Source of the DNA: the human T2T-CHM13v2.0 reference genome, Homo sapiens
Assembly (NCBI RefSeq): GCF_009914755.1
Contig: NC_060932.1
DNA: 64,000 bases
Reading direction: 5' to 3' (one strand)
Shown here: positions 1 to 15,237 of the stretch, one piece after another
Layout: each line of letters starts with the position of its first letter
Numbering within the stretch: the first letter of the stretch is position 1
The notes under the pieces: generated by a model
Database searches by the model: none
What the model was told of the DNA's origin: nothing
What the model saw: only the letters and a program-made list of their open reading frames with translations
Position numbers and translations under genes: made by a program

Positions 1-339
<339 letters not shown>

Positions 340-847
340 TTATATTCAATCAAATATCACTATTTCATATTTGTATAAACTTATATAACAAGCAAAACAA
401 AAGAAGGGCCTTCTTGGCCAAGAGCATATTGGAAAGGCAAGACAGGGAAATTCTCTCAAGAGATGACAGAATTTGATTCTGCTTTTGGAGTACATATGAA
501 ACTGTTTCTGTATTTGAAAGCCAGTTCATACCCATTTATTGTGTTCAGAGCATTGTTGATTTCCTGAATGTTTCATGGCTGGTAACATTGAGGTCAAGGT
601 ATGGTATGAGCTGTGCCTCTCACACCATTTGATATTTCTGACTTAACCACTGAATTATTTTTGTTTACTTCAACCTTCAACCCTCAGCAAAAATAATACT
701 ATATATTTGTACAAGACTGAATACAAGTGACTTATCCAGTGTCACCTGTAAGGTGTTAAAGGAGTGGGGCAGAAGTCAGGCAAAACCTAGTGTTTATTTT
801 ACATTTCAGTTTTGCAGTTATTTATATATATATCTTACAGAATATCC

Positions 848-1019
848 CATCCTGGGCAACATAACAAGACTCCATCTCTGCAAAAAATAAAAAAATTAGC
901 CAGGTGTGATGGCATGCACCTATAATCTCAGGCTACTTTGAAGGCTGAGACAGGAGGATGGCTTGAGCCCAGGAATTTGAGCTATAATCATGCCACCACC
1001 TGGGTGACAGAAAAAAAAA
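848..1019 (+). mobile_element. AluJ fragment, 5'-truncated and internally deleted
   Basis: CCTGGGCAACATAACAAGACTCCATCTCT, A-rich linker, GGAGGATGGCTTGAGCCCAGGA (J-type). Confidence 0.85.
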
Positions 1020-3001
1020 GAATATAATGTTTATAAGATACTTTATTAAATATTTCTTATTTTAATTCAATTTTTTAGTTTCTTAGTTGTCCTCCACTCT
1101 CTTTACGCTGTAAAGTGAGACCAGAAAATGAGACATCAGAGAGTGTTGTGATGTTCTATGACCATCCTTGACTGTGTGTGGCAGGGTATGGTTAGGGAAT
1201 GGGAAGACATTAGGGAGGAGTTTGGCCATGGCAAAACTGTAGACCAATTCCATCTTCTTGGTACTGGCACAGCCCCTTAACCTTCATAGTCCTGGCCAAT
1301 ACTTACCACTCTCCTTCTATGACAATTGTTTTATCTACATAAGATATAGTTTTTATGTATCTTAAAATGACTAGACAGCAAACTAAAAGTATTTCTTCTT
1401 ATGCAATGAAATCTGATGTCTAAAAGTCAGAGGTTTAGAGGTTTTTAACTTGGAGATTAGAAGAAGGAATCATTTTTTTAAAGATGAACACTCATAAGGT
1501 ATTATTGTCCTGAAGGATTCTTCGAATATCTTTTGATAATTTTTAACGTAATGAGATTGGGAAATCTCCAAAGCCATAGAACTGCATTGGCAGGCAGTAA
1601 AATGGTTTTTAAATTTTTCAAGTTAGCCACTCTTCGGTTGTTCTCGTATTCTAACTCACCCAGATATCCAGTGGGATTGAGAACTGGCCCTAATGGAACC
1701 TTCAGCAGGAAGACTTCATTACACTATCCCTCATTTAATCTTCTCGCGTAAAATATTCCTAACACCGGGTCCCTTGGCAAACGCCCTAAAGAAGTTTCAT
1801 TTCAATAATATTGCTTTGTATTTATATAACCTCTATATCCAAGGAGCTTAAAAACACTTACGGCCCATGCTTCATTACTTAGTTTAACCAAAAAGACAGT
1901 CAGCCCATTTCATATTAACAAATTTAAGGGCTCCCTTTGGAGACAGGTAGTAATAATAGCACTTGGTATGACACATTTCTCTCCCAGGAAGCTCAAAGTA
2001 ATTTGGACAATGAAATGACTGAAGAATCTAAGGAACAGACCAAGCAAGTTTTTGGTCAAAAGACAACACAGCAAAAAGCAGGCACACTGGAAATCAGAGA
2101 CAGGACTTGACTCCAGTCAGTATTCCATTCACACTAGTTGCAAGTAAGTAGTGGTAAATTAGAGGAAAAGGGAAAGTGACTTCCTTTTATTCTTTGTGGC
2201 AAATCTTGTGCAGTTTCATTTTTGTTCTCGACTAAAAGGAAGAGTCTCCCAGGCCTTCCTCTGCATCCAGATGTGAGGCTGCATTTTTTATCTCTGTGTT
2301 CTGGCTAGTTCTCCCAAGATGTTGATGGAACAACACAGAACATTATCTATGGTAAAGTTGCAATTAACCCAGTACTCAGGGAGTGAGGCATTTTAGTTCT
2401 TTGAATTAAATAGTCAATGAATGTCCCATAGTAAACCCTTCCTGTTTGAATGCTTCTTAATGTCTGGAGACCAAGGTTGAATCTCTCGTTGGTGATTCTG
2501 GTTCTCTGAGTTCCAGTCCCTATCCAGACCAGCTCATCATTGTCAGACCTGCTGATAGATCAAAGATGAGAAATGGGAAGGAGACCTTGTTCTGGTCTCT
2601 GGGTGGAGCCCTGCGTTGTATTTTCACCAAATACGGGAGAATCCCTGCTGTGTGTTTCACATTTACCTGTCCCTACTTCTCTCTTCCCCTAAACCCATTC
2701 TTCTAGAGTCTTGGCATGGTGATGCCTCAGTCAACAAGGATTCACCATGGTGCAGAGGCTCAGAGAGTGTGGAGATTGTGTTGCTGAGTGCTGTGGTTAC
2801 TGCACATTGTCCATCTGGGCGTTTGGTCCTTTGTCTGTCTCCCCTTTGTGCTCCTCTTGGGAAAACTTGGGATGCAGTTCAGGAAAGGCAGAACTCTGCA
2901 TGACTCTTTCTCCATACTGTATGTTTAAAACCTGCCCTTGATGCCTGATCTCATTCCCTGTGCCATGTAGTTGTACAATTCCTATGTTTGTTGTTTTATG
3001 T

Positions 3002-3049
3002 GGGGGTGGGGGTGTGGGAATAATACGGGGTGGGGGGTGGGAATAATAC
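3002..3049 (+). repeat. Duplicated G-rich unit, potential G-quadruplex
   Basis: GGGGGTGGGGGTGTGGGAATAATAC then GGGGTGGGGGGTGGGAATAATAC; six runs of 3 or more G. Confidence 0.8.
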
Positions 3050-4951
3050 ATTTTCAGTCTCCTATAAATAACCCTCTAATGCCCCTCAGAGTTATCTGTC
3101 TTCCCAGTTCCCATCAACAACATGAGCTGGTTGGTCCCTTGAACAGAGCCTAGCATAGAACTTCTTGGGGGCACATGTGTAACTGGCTATGCCCGTAATC
3201 TTAGGATGAGTTTTCTTGCCCCAAAGAAGTCTGATTTAATCTCAAGTGAAATACAGGCTGCGGGATCCATTGTTTAGAGACTCCAGGCTTCTCAGAGTAA
3301 ACACTCCATAGCGAGAGACCTCTAGGTTGCTTGGCATAGATATGGCAACCTGAACTTGGCCCTGTCTCCGAGCGCATATGGTGTTCCAAGTCAGGATCAC
3401 ACGCGGCAATTTACCATACTGTGCATGGGGAAAATATTTATAGGGTAATAAATGTGAGCAAAGCATGTTTGTGCTCTGTGCATAATTGGCAGTAGAATAT
3501 GTAGATGAACTGATTTCTTGTATTCCTCTTTAAGGAGATATGGCCAGATGCCCTCCCAAACATGTCTTGGAGCATAGCCTTCAACTCCAGGGCAAGGGAT
3601 GAGGCTGGGGGAAGAGGAAGTCCTTCACCGGTTTAGGACTAATACCTCGTAATGAATTCAGGGACTTCCAAGTATGATCTGGCTAAACAACAAATATAGA
3701 TTTTTTTTCTCTAAAAGCATATTCTTCTATATGTGGAATATGGATCAACCTTGTGAAATAAGCTTTATGTAGAGCTTTGCAGACATAAAGAAGAATGTGA
3801 ACATGATAGGACTATTGTTACAGCAAATAAAGGCAGGAGAAATTGTCTCAGTGAGACAAACTTCTCTGTTCGGGATGTAAATCTCTGTTCAGAGATTTGT
3901 TGACAAAGAATTCAGAAAGTGCATTTTCAACTGTGTAATTTCATTAGATACTATGTGATCATTCCAACATAACTGTAATGTTATTGAATAGTTATAGCAC
4001 CTTTACTTTTAAAAAGGCCATAGAACAATAGAAAATCTCTAAAAACAAATTCCATAGGTTAAAAAGATTTTTTAAAGTTCCACTTTTAGTAAATATTTCA
4101 CAAGTATGTTAGCAGAGGGGCAGATTTATTGAATAAAAGAAACAGTCATGTTTAAGGATAATTTGCAAAATTGTCAGCATACATTTTTCAATAAAATTTA
4201 AAATTGGGGTTACATTTCTTTTTGTGAAAGAAACCTCTCATAGTTTTCCTGCCTGCTTGCTATTGTTATATCTTGGGGAGATTTCTCTTCACATTCCTTT
4301 TGCATTATTGTAACAGACAAGTCTAAGGCACTGTCTAATGTTAATTCTACACACTGCTGCCAATTATAATCAGAGCTAGTCAAAATAAACAAATTAAACA
4401 AATAAACATGTCAAAACATCTCTGATTTAGGGAAAATAAGCCAAGTCTGAACTCTCCCAGTGTTTCGGCATAAATGATGGGCTGTGGGTTGTAAAACGCT
4501 CCATAACATTTTTTCACCTTTGCTAGGGGAAGGTGGGTCAGTTTAGAATTACAGCACTGCTCAACTTTGAGAAAGGGGTCTGCGACTGAAACCAAATCAA
4601 ACCCAAATGTTGCTGGCTTCACCTAGGGTAGTAATGATCTGCCGCGTGCTCTAAATGCTTTAAAGAGAAAAAAGGAGAGAAAGAAAAAGCAGTTGATTCT
4701 TTGCTGATGCGATGCCAGAACCCCTAAATCACTGGAGAGGTTGAACACAATGCAGGTGAAAATATACCAAAGGCGGATGTACATTTCAATATGAAACAGA
4801 CTGTCACTGTGACATTTCCCAATCAGCACATTGAAAATACTAGGCAATTAAGTTAGAAAGCTCTACTGGCTTCAAGAAGGGATATAAAACATGACTTTGC
4901 TACCCAAGTAGGATATCTTGGCTTGAACTATGCTTAAATAACAAGACGGGT

Positions 4952-4953
4952 AG

Positions 4954-5002
<49 letters not shown>

Positions 5003-5046
5003 GGTATGCAGCTGTGTGTGTGTGTGTGTGTGTGTGTAGTGGTATG
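4952..5046. repeat. Compound (TG)n microsatellite
   Basis: Two (TG)n blocks separated by ACTGGTATGCAGC. Confidence 0.95.
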
Positions 5047-7769
5047 TTAACCTATAAAAATATGAAGAGAGGTTAAGGGAGAAGGCTGTCATTCTGGCAG
5101 GTGGTTCTTGTAAAAAGGTGATCTCTCGAAGTTCAAGAAATTTCTAAATATCTACACCCACCCCTAGGCAGCAAGCCACAAAGCAGGTGATTTGTGTAGA
5201 GTCCTTGGTGTTCTTCCTTCAACCAGTACTGAGCCAGCACCAACTGTGTGCCAGGCACAAGGTAACAAAAACGAGCAGGACTCAGTCCATGCCTTCAAGG
5301 AATCTCCCTTGGTTATTGAGAAGTTTTTTTTTTTTCTTTCACCAACCAAGAAGAAGTGTTGACCCATCGGGAAGTTTAAATGTTGCGTTTAAGACAGGGC
5401 AGTTGGTGATGGGCAGCAAGGAAGAACCAGGGAGACTGGGCTCTGACATCTCTTGCTGTTCCAACTTCACCTTTCACTTGTCAGGGAACAGGATTTGGGA
5501 AAGGTTATACTCCAAGGAGAGGGGCTTTGCAAAGGAGTGAGAGGAGTGACATTCCCTACCTCCAGAAGACAGGACTTGATTACTTCTCTCGGCTCCCATG
5601 GCTTTTATTTTTAATGTGCACTGTGCTTGGAAGGGAAGGGGCTGGGGGTGGAAATCATTGTGCCTTTGAAACGTTGTTTTCTGAGGACAGTATATAGAAT
5701 CTTGGTTATTAACAACCTCTCACAAGACAGTTATTTTTGGAGTGGCCTCTTAGGAGGCAACCTCTTGGAAGTGAACTCATTTATTTTGCGTCTCACTGTC
5801 CTGCCATTTCCTGCGGAGAGAGGGGAAAAGTGAAACCACATGTTTTGAGGAGCGAATGGAGGAAATCCCTCCGAAGACAAATGACGACTCCTCTCCCCTG
5901 GCAATTAGTCAAACCTGGGCTTCAGGCCAGCCCAGGTGTTCCCGACTGTGTATAAATTTGCCAAAGAACAATGAAAATAGCAGTTGATTGTGCTGACAGA
6001 TTCTTCTGATAATTTCCTGTTGTTTGGCATCTTCAGGTTACTTTCCCACAATTATGGCTGCTGATGAAGTCTGGGGCCCTTCGAAGTAATTTTCCAACTC
6101 TCTCCCTGCCCCTTTCTGTCATCCCACCGACAAGCAGCCTCTTTTCCCCAACTTAAAAGAAACGAAACAATCAAAATCCGAAACCAAGTTAAAAATATTT
6201 CGGAGTTGTGGATTTTTTCCCCCTTTCCCAGATGTTTGAATTTAATCCCCTTGCAAAATACATATTTTAATGAGACTGAATTTAAAAGAGGAAGAAAAAA
6301 TGATTTGCACCTGCATCATATAGAGTTTCTTGGCAACTGTGAGCTGGGATTCAGGCTCCTTTGGATTCTCCAACTTGCAAGTTGGAAGGTTTCCTTGTGT
6401 TGTCTGCTAATATCTAATCTCAGCAAAGATCAGGGTCAGCTGGTGCTCTGCTGAGAGAGATTGGAATCAAATTGAGCGCCAATCAAAAGGGCAGCCCCAA
6501 ACAGGCTTGGGTATCATTTTGATGTTTTTTCCTGCCTAAGTAAATACCTTTGCTCAAAGACTGCTCCCTGTTCCCAATCTTCAGTTTAGGACATTGAAAC
6601 TACTATTATATGTGGGTGGAAGTTATACTTGCACCCAAAGCATTTGGGGGTAAAATGAAAATAAGGGAAATTGCACACTTTTCTCAAATCTCCACATTAT
6701 CCAATCTGTCAGGAAGCTATGCATACTTTCTTGGTTAGAACAACTATGTAAAAGATTTTTTTTTTTTGAGGGGCTAGGAAGCTGGAGCTATTGTTGAGAA
6801 GCAGCCAAGAAGCTGGTTTCTTTCTCTTCACTTCTCCCCTCCCTGGCCCCTCAAGCCCCTGAGGAGAGAGTCAACGTGAATGCTGCAATGTGGGTTTGCA
6901 AGAGTTGCTGAGGATATATTAGACTAGAGCATAATGTATTGAATTTTTCCAAACAGGGCTCCGTGTCCCCTATTAATCAGGACTTCTAGTCAGGAGAATT
7001 GCAAATGAAATAAAAAATTCCAGGATAATCCAGAGCATTTGAAAAGAAGGTCAAGCTCAGAAATGATGACATCTGAAAAATGTTTTTGAGATTGGCTTTG
7101 AATACCTGTCAGTCCACTCAGTTCTGGATATATTTTCAGTAGAAAGAGTGTCTTTCTTTTTGTGTTCAGATGAGAACTGTGGGGAAAAAAAAACCTCACT
7201 GAACATATATAAAGCTGAAAGCAACTGGGAAAAGGTTTTTCTAGATTCCTGGACACCTTAAAAATAATAACAAAACATCCAGGTGAAGGGAGGGTTGGAG
7301 GACACTGGAAATGACGAGAGATGTGGAAATGTGCTGGTTTCGTGTGACCTGTCAGTAACTCCCCCACCCCACTCCCATGCATACTCAATGACCACGTGTT
7401 TGGGACTATGGATAAAGGGAGCTAGTTACATTTTCAGAAAAAATGCCTTTCATTCATGTTACTTGTTATGCCTTTCATCAAGAAAGCCATTCACTTATTT
7501 ATTTTGTATTCATTCATTAATTTATTCACCAATTTACTTACCGTTTGTTTGAATGGCCTCCATGTGTTGGATGGAAGTCAAAGTATTTTACCTCTGCTAT
7601 TGAGCATAATTTAATCTGCATCTTCCCTTTTGTGAAATCGTCCTTACCCTTAAAGGTTCCAATCAAGAGCACCTCCTTCATGCAGTCTTCCTTTCTTTTA
7701 CACTCCGGTTCTTATCAATCTTCATTTTCTCTAACTATCCACGACATATGTTCATTCATCCAAACATAG

Positions 7770-8700
<931 letters not shown>

Positions 8701-10028
8701 GAAGGTTGTCTTAAATGGAAATCACCTACTTTTGTGCTCAATTGTATGCTGTCTTCTCCCTTCTTTGTTCTATGTGTATTGGCCTTTACTCTAGCTAGAT
8801 CACAGGCATCTTCAGACCAGGAACCATGTTTTATCCTTCTGTGCACAAATGATAGTAGATGCTCAGTAGATATTTGCAGTAGTTTGATTTTATGTTTATG
8901 TTGCTCCCTTTTCAGTGTGCCATTTCAACATCTCTGGCTATGCAATAGCCCTTCAGTGGGCAATAAAGAGAGGGAGACCTTTTTCTGGGTGAGTCCCCTA
9001 AAAACAATCTCTGAACCTCAGTTTACCAAGACAAAAATCCACTCTTTGCCTTTTTGCTTTGTTAATTCTCAAGAGAGAAGAGCTGTGATTTGTACCACAG
9101 GCAATTTCCAACATTCAAAGTCGAAGTACGTTTCCCAAAAGGCTGGGCAAATTCCAGTTGTAGAGTTAGACAGAAAGAGAGTGTTGGTGTTGTTTGCAAG
9201 GCCACGGAGGTACAGACTGGTGGTTAATTCCCTCGTACTTCTCTGGAAAAGTAGCTCCCCTCCACCACCCACCAGGCACATTCCTCAACATCCACCAGGG
9301 AATCTGACCCCGTTAGCACTTAATATTTATGACCAACATTTGCGGGTGATTATATTAACAGTCAAATGATTATAATTCTAAATGCAATTTGTGTGTGTGT
9401 GCATGTGTGTGTGCACACTTGCATCAGGGGGAGGTTGGTATTCTTGCAGCAAATATATTGTCTCCTTTAAATTGTATCCGCATAATACCAAATTGGAAAT
9501 TGCGCTAATGTACTTATTAAAGAATATAGAGGCAAAGACTGTAGTCCCAGGAAAGGGTGTGTTACAGGTGAGGAAATTGAAGGCAAGAAAGAGTCTTTGT
9601 TTTGGGCCATGCAGAGACAGCAGAGTTGGAACTAAAACTAGGTATCTCGACTCCCAATTCAGTGCTCTCTCCACAGTGCCCCAGGGCTTTTCCTCTATGT
9701 GTTTATTGCCTTCACACAGTGCTTGTCTGAAAGCCAGGCTTGGTGTTTTTATGTTTATCCAGACATTTCGTCTTGCCCCCATTTCCTTGCCATCTCTTTG
9801 GGCATTGGAGGCTACTGTCCCCCTGTGGGGGTTGCAGGTAGCACCCATGTTCTGTGGTTTTTCCCTCCTGCAATCACTTGGCCAGGAGCTCAGACCCCAG
9901 GCATCCACATTTTAGTTTTGGGAGGACAAGGATATTTGTTTCCTTCACTAATTCTTTAAGCTTTCTCTCTAGCTTCCCTGACTACCTCCTCCTCCACTCT
10001 CTCGAGCAACTTGGGTCACCTGTATTAA

Positions 10029-10368
<340 letters not shown>

Positions 10369-11659
10369 GATGTCCAATCTTTATTCATTAATTTGTCACT
10401 TTCACAAATTTTGCCATAGCCATATCCAGACTGTACTCAATGTTATGTTTTTTTCTTTAGATCACCTAATTGGTTTCTTAAACTTGAATACATTTGTTTT
10501 AAAACTTTATATGATTACTGTAAATGGAAAACCAATATCATTGGCCAACAGGGAAGGTAATGATTAAAACATGCAAACAGTGTTATTAAATTCTATCTAG
10601 ATTCACTTGTTTGCTGAAGGCTCTAATGTTGAGTCATGCCCTCTTTTTGTTAAAAAGGATGATTAGCAAATGGTGGAGAGGTTGCAAAGGCTGATTCTCT
10701 CATTGATTTAATCAGAATGATTAGAAGGAAACCGACATGATACTTTTCCTACCATATGAATCTGTGGGTACTGCCTACAATCTGACGGTCCCACTCTTGG
10801 GTTCATCTTGATCCACAGAATTGTGTTATTCCAAGGAGGCTCTGACCACAGGTGCAACATGATCTCATCCAACTGCACCTACTTTTCCTACGTCTCTCTG
10901 CTGCAATGGTGCTGGCAGATCACTGCAGACCAATGTAGGTTGTGTAGTTGCCATCCCCATTTAAAGCTCTCACTTGTACTGGTGCCAAGGATGATGACCT
11001 ATTTAGATAAGTGTGACCTGAATAAAAGTTGATCTATGATCCCGTGTTCTTGATCAGCACAGAGTTTATTTTTGATGACAGGAGAAAGCATAGGCTATAA
11101 ACATTTCCTATCACACTCCAAACTCATTTTCTACTGTAGAAAATGAGAAATAGACAGTACTTCCCTTTTCCTTTTCTATTATATCACATGTTCCCTAAAC
11201 GTCTTCTAGGCACTGGACATTGAAATATACAACTTGGCTGCTTACTTATTTCCAGGAGTCTGACTGTTTCTATTTGGCATGGAGTAAGTCTGGGCTGCCG
11301 TGCACTGAAAAGGGCTTGGGAAATGATATGGATTTGGGTTGGCAAGAGGCAAATGGCCTGGCTTAGTATTGTAGTCCCTTGGTATTGTAGTCTCTGTGAA
11401 AGGTACCCCTGGGGTTGTGCAGGGCATGGTCAGTGTGGTTGCATGTGGTGGTCTTCAAGGGTAAAGGATGGATGCTGAAGTCTTCTAGTGGAAGCCTGTG
11501 AATGCCTTTATTGAATTCAGTTTACCAATCATCTGTTCAAACCTCTCCTAATTCTCAGGAGTTTTTCTAGGAGGTAGGGGAAAGCAAATTTGGAGGAAGA
11601 TGAGCCCTTGGCCCTCAAGAAACTTACCTCCTGGTAATATGCACCATGACTCATGAAGA

Positions 11660-11850
11660 GTATGTGTCAGGTTCAAATCTTAGCTGTGCCACCTATTAAC
11701 AGTGTGACACTGGACAAGCTACTTAACCTTTCTGGGCCCCAGTCGTTACTTACTTAAAGGACAACATAGAGGACCTTTGTGAAAATTAAATGATAAAATG
11801 ATGCCTCGCACAGAGTGAGTGCACGATAAACATTAACTCTTATTATTGCT
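11660..11850 (+). mobile_element. MIR
   Basis: GGTTCAAATCTTAGCTGTGCCACCTATTAACAGTGTGACACTGGACAAGCTACTTAACCTTTCTGGGCC resembles the MIR core. Confidence 0.8.
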
Positions 11851-12459
11851 GAGAGAACAACTTTGAAGTGAAAAGAGAAATCCCTCCAAGGTGTCTGATA
11901 CTCCAGTCACTAACAGTGTCATACAGATTGTAAACCCAATGCTAAAGGAGTTCAAATCAAGGAAAATGTCACCAAGGACTGGTGATAGGGAAACATATGT
12001 CAGAATGTCCCTACATTTCTAGCATGCTTCGTTTCTCCCTCAGTTTGTAAAATTATATTCCATTTATGGTTCCAGAAAACATAAACAGGATTCATGACTA
12101 GAAGAAGAAAAATTGGAAGGATACTAGTGTGTCCTTCTCGCTGAATTATTTATTGTTGTGTGCTGAGGAACAGAATGATTGCTTCTTGCCCCACTGTAGA
12201 TGGATTGAATTTCTTTCTGTCCCCATGCAGTCAGGCAAGCTTATTTTAATAAGAACAACTTAATATTGTAACTATACAGTGAAGTTCTCTTGTCCCTCTA
12301 GGACACACCACACTGTACACTCTGAGCTTGGAAGGCTGTTCTGATTATTTCGGGTGTGGAAACTGAGTTACCCTCCCTAGGATGGTTTCTGTGAATGTCT
12401 TAGAATTGACAAGTAAATTCAATCAGCATTTTCTTTTCTTTTTTTCTTGTTTTGTGTTT

Positions 12460-12650
12460 GTCAAGTGCCAGATACCATGCTAGACACCTTCAGGGCTATG
12501 ATTACATTGAATCCTCAAAATAATCTCATGAGCTAGGCTTTCTTATTATAAGCATATTTAAGAGGTAAGAAAGTTGGAGAGAGGTTAAGTAACTTGTCCA
12601 GGGTCGCCAAGGTAGCATATGTTAGCAAACAAGATTTCAGTACAGATTCT
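12460..12650 (-). mobile_element. MIR
   Basis: GAGAGGTTAAGTAACTTGTCCAGGGTCGC is the antisense MIR core. Confidence 0.75.
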
Positions 12651-12719
12651 CTCACCCCCTACCCATTTCTAGCAATGCAGTGCTGCTGGAGACAGCACTT
12701 GTTGGCAGCTACCTGTCTG

Positions 12720-12904
12720 CTTTCCTCCTCTTCTTCTCCTCCTCTTCCCTCTTTCTCTCTTCCCTTCCCTTGCTTCCTCTTCAGTCCCTTCTCTTCCTTT
12801 CCTTCCTTCTTTCTCTCTTTCCTTCCTTTTCTCCCTCCCTCCCTTCCTTCTTCCCTTCCTTCCTTCATTCCTTTTTCTCTCCCTCTTTCCTTCCTTCCTT
12901 TTTT
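12720..12904. repeat. CT-rich polypyrimidine tract
   Basis: ~185 bp of almost pure C/T (CCTT, CTT, CT units). Confidence 0.9.
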
Positions 12905-13010
12905 GTAATTTTATTTTTCTGCAGAATACTGTTTCTCAGTGGTTAATGACAGGTACAGAATAAAGTAACAGTGACATTGGATAAAACTAATGAAATCATC
13001 AAATTTGCAC

Positions 13011-13322
<312 letters not shown>

Positions 13323-14936
13323 TAACTAAATGGGGATAAAAGGAACTTCAGTCCCTATCCCATGCTGACGTATGGTAGGCATCAGAATATGCTTTCTAGA
13401 CCTTATCCCAGCAAGCACTCCCTGGTGCTGGGTGTCATCTGTCCCCAGGACAGACAGGGAAGGGAGTCCTAGAGAGTCCTGTGACTTGCCCATTGGCTGC
13501 AAAGCTGCAGCAAGAGGAGGACAGAGCAGCCTGACTCCAAATCTTATCTTCTTTTGGCTGCAGTATTTTCTGAATTAGACATTAGCATTAGCCAAAATTT
13601 GGATTATAGGAGATAGGTATTTAAGGAGAGGCTTAGGGGAGTTTGTCCAATGGCAAAAATGATCAGATACACCCTTAGGATCTGATACCTGGTTCCTGGA
13701 TCTGCTATCACTGGTACCTGGAGCTGATCCGGACAATGGAGACAATGGAAAGATCAGTGAGCACATCTCAGACCAGAGCCCCACACTGAGTTGTGCGGCC
13801 TGATCAGTGAGAGCTGGTGCAGCCAGCCCGCCTTGTTGGCCGTCCACAGCAGCAGCCTCCCTTTCCACTGACCTCCCATCTACCCTCATACGGATAAGAT
13901 TCTGTTTACTTTCCAACCTAAATGATTGTGGTTCTGGGAGCTGTTAAGAAGCCAACATGTTCCAGGCTCCCATGTTAATAGCATGGGGATTAAAACTAAC
14001 CAAACAAGCATGCATTTGACAATAAATGAGGCTATTGGAAGTGAGTAGTGAGTACAGAAGGGAGCATGTGTTTCTTGCTTGTTTATTGACCCTGGTATGT
14101 GGGGCAAGTCTCTAAACCTCGGTTTGCCTCTGTTGTGCTGACTATAAAATGGGAGATAACAGTAGCACGTGTCCCTTAACACTCGGAGGTGGTGAGAGGT
14201 CAATTACTTAATGCCTCAAAAATCCTTCGGGCTCCACGGCCAGGACCAGAAATTGGAAGAGTTTTCTTCCCAAACCTTATCAGAATCCTCTCCTGTTTTC
14301 TGAAGCTCAAATCTTAGAGGGGAGTTGGAAGAAGACTGAAAGAAGAAAGGAAAAAAAGGAGAATGAAACAGAAAGGATTGGGAAGACAGGAGGTAGAAGG
14401 AGGCATTTTTGCATTCCTTTAGATAAAGGGAAGTACCCCCAAAAAAGATACTCTTGCTTTGCAGGTGTCTGCTCTGGAGTCACTGCTCTTTGGTGAGAGG
14501 TATGTAAATTGTGCATGTTTTTTGCATGTGAGCCCTTCCATGATTGGGATGAGCAATGGACTGACTTCTGGAAAGCTGTGGGTCTTGGGATTTGATCCTG
14601 GTGCTCCCACTGCGGTTCTTTCCCTCCCTGTCTCACAGAGCTTCCATCTTCTGTCAGGTCATTTCTGGCGAGACCTTAGATACAGGACCACACCTGAAGA
14701 GTGGGGCATCTTCAGCCCGCTGGGAAGATGCCTAGGTACCTCAGGGAGAATTGGGCCTTGTTCTACAGGCAGTTTTTCCCTTTGAGAAGAGGCAGATCTC
14801 CTGTCAGAGACTCCTAAAGCCAAGGTTCAGCTCTCCATGGCCACCCACTTTTGTCCACAGCTTTCTACTCAGCCTGGCAACTGTGGGGTGAGGCAGAAAA
14901 CAGAGCTGGGTGCTTTGCCTTTTCTAATCAGAGGGG

Positions 14937-15237
14937 TATATATATATATATTTATTTATTTTTTTTTCTTCACTGTGTTACCCAGGCTGAAGTTCAGTGG
15001 TGTAGTCATAGCTCACTGCAGCTCCCAACTCCTGAGCTCAAGTGATCCTTCTGCCTCAGACTCCCATGTAGCTGGGGTTACAGGGACACGCCACTACTTG
15101 GCTAATTTGTTAATTTTTTGCAGAGACGGGCTCTCGCTATGTTGCCCAGGCTGATACTGAACTCCTGGTCTCAAGTGACCCTCCTGCCTCAACCTCCCAA
15201 AGTGCTGGGATTATAGGCGTGAGCCACTGCATCTGCC
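14937..15237 (-). mobile_element. AluJ
   Basis: ATAGCTCACTGCAGC, GCTATGTTGCCCAGGCTG; tail decayed to (TA)n/T-rich. Confidence 0.9.

Noticed and set aside
2309-2351. Possible small coding exon (FSQDVDGTTQNIIY) between TAG and GTAAAG
   Set aside because: Weak donor, unrecognised peptide and no partner exons.
8734-9915. Long ORFs 8734-9369 (211 aa) and the antiparallel pair 9378-9908 / 9382-9915
   Set aside because: No recognisable domain; low-information Leu/Cys/Ser/Phe-rich composition; they overlap TG repeats and MIR/L2-like sequence. Consistent with chance ORFs.
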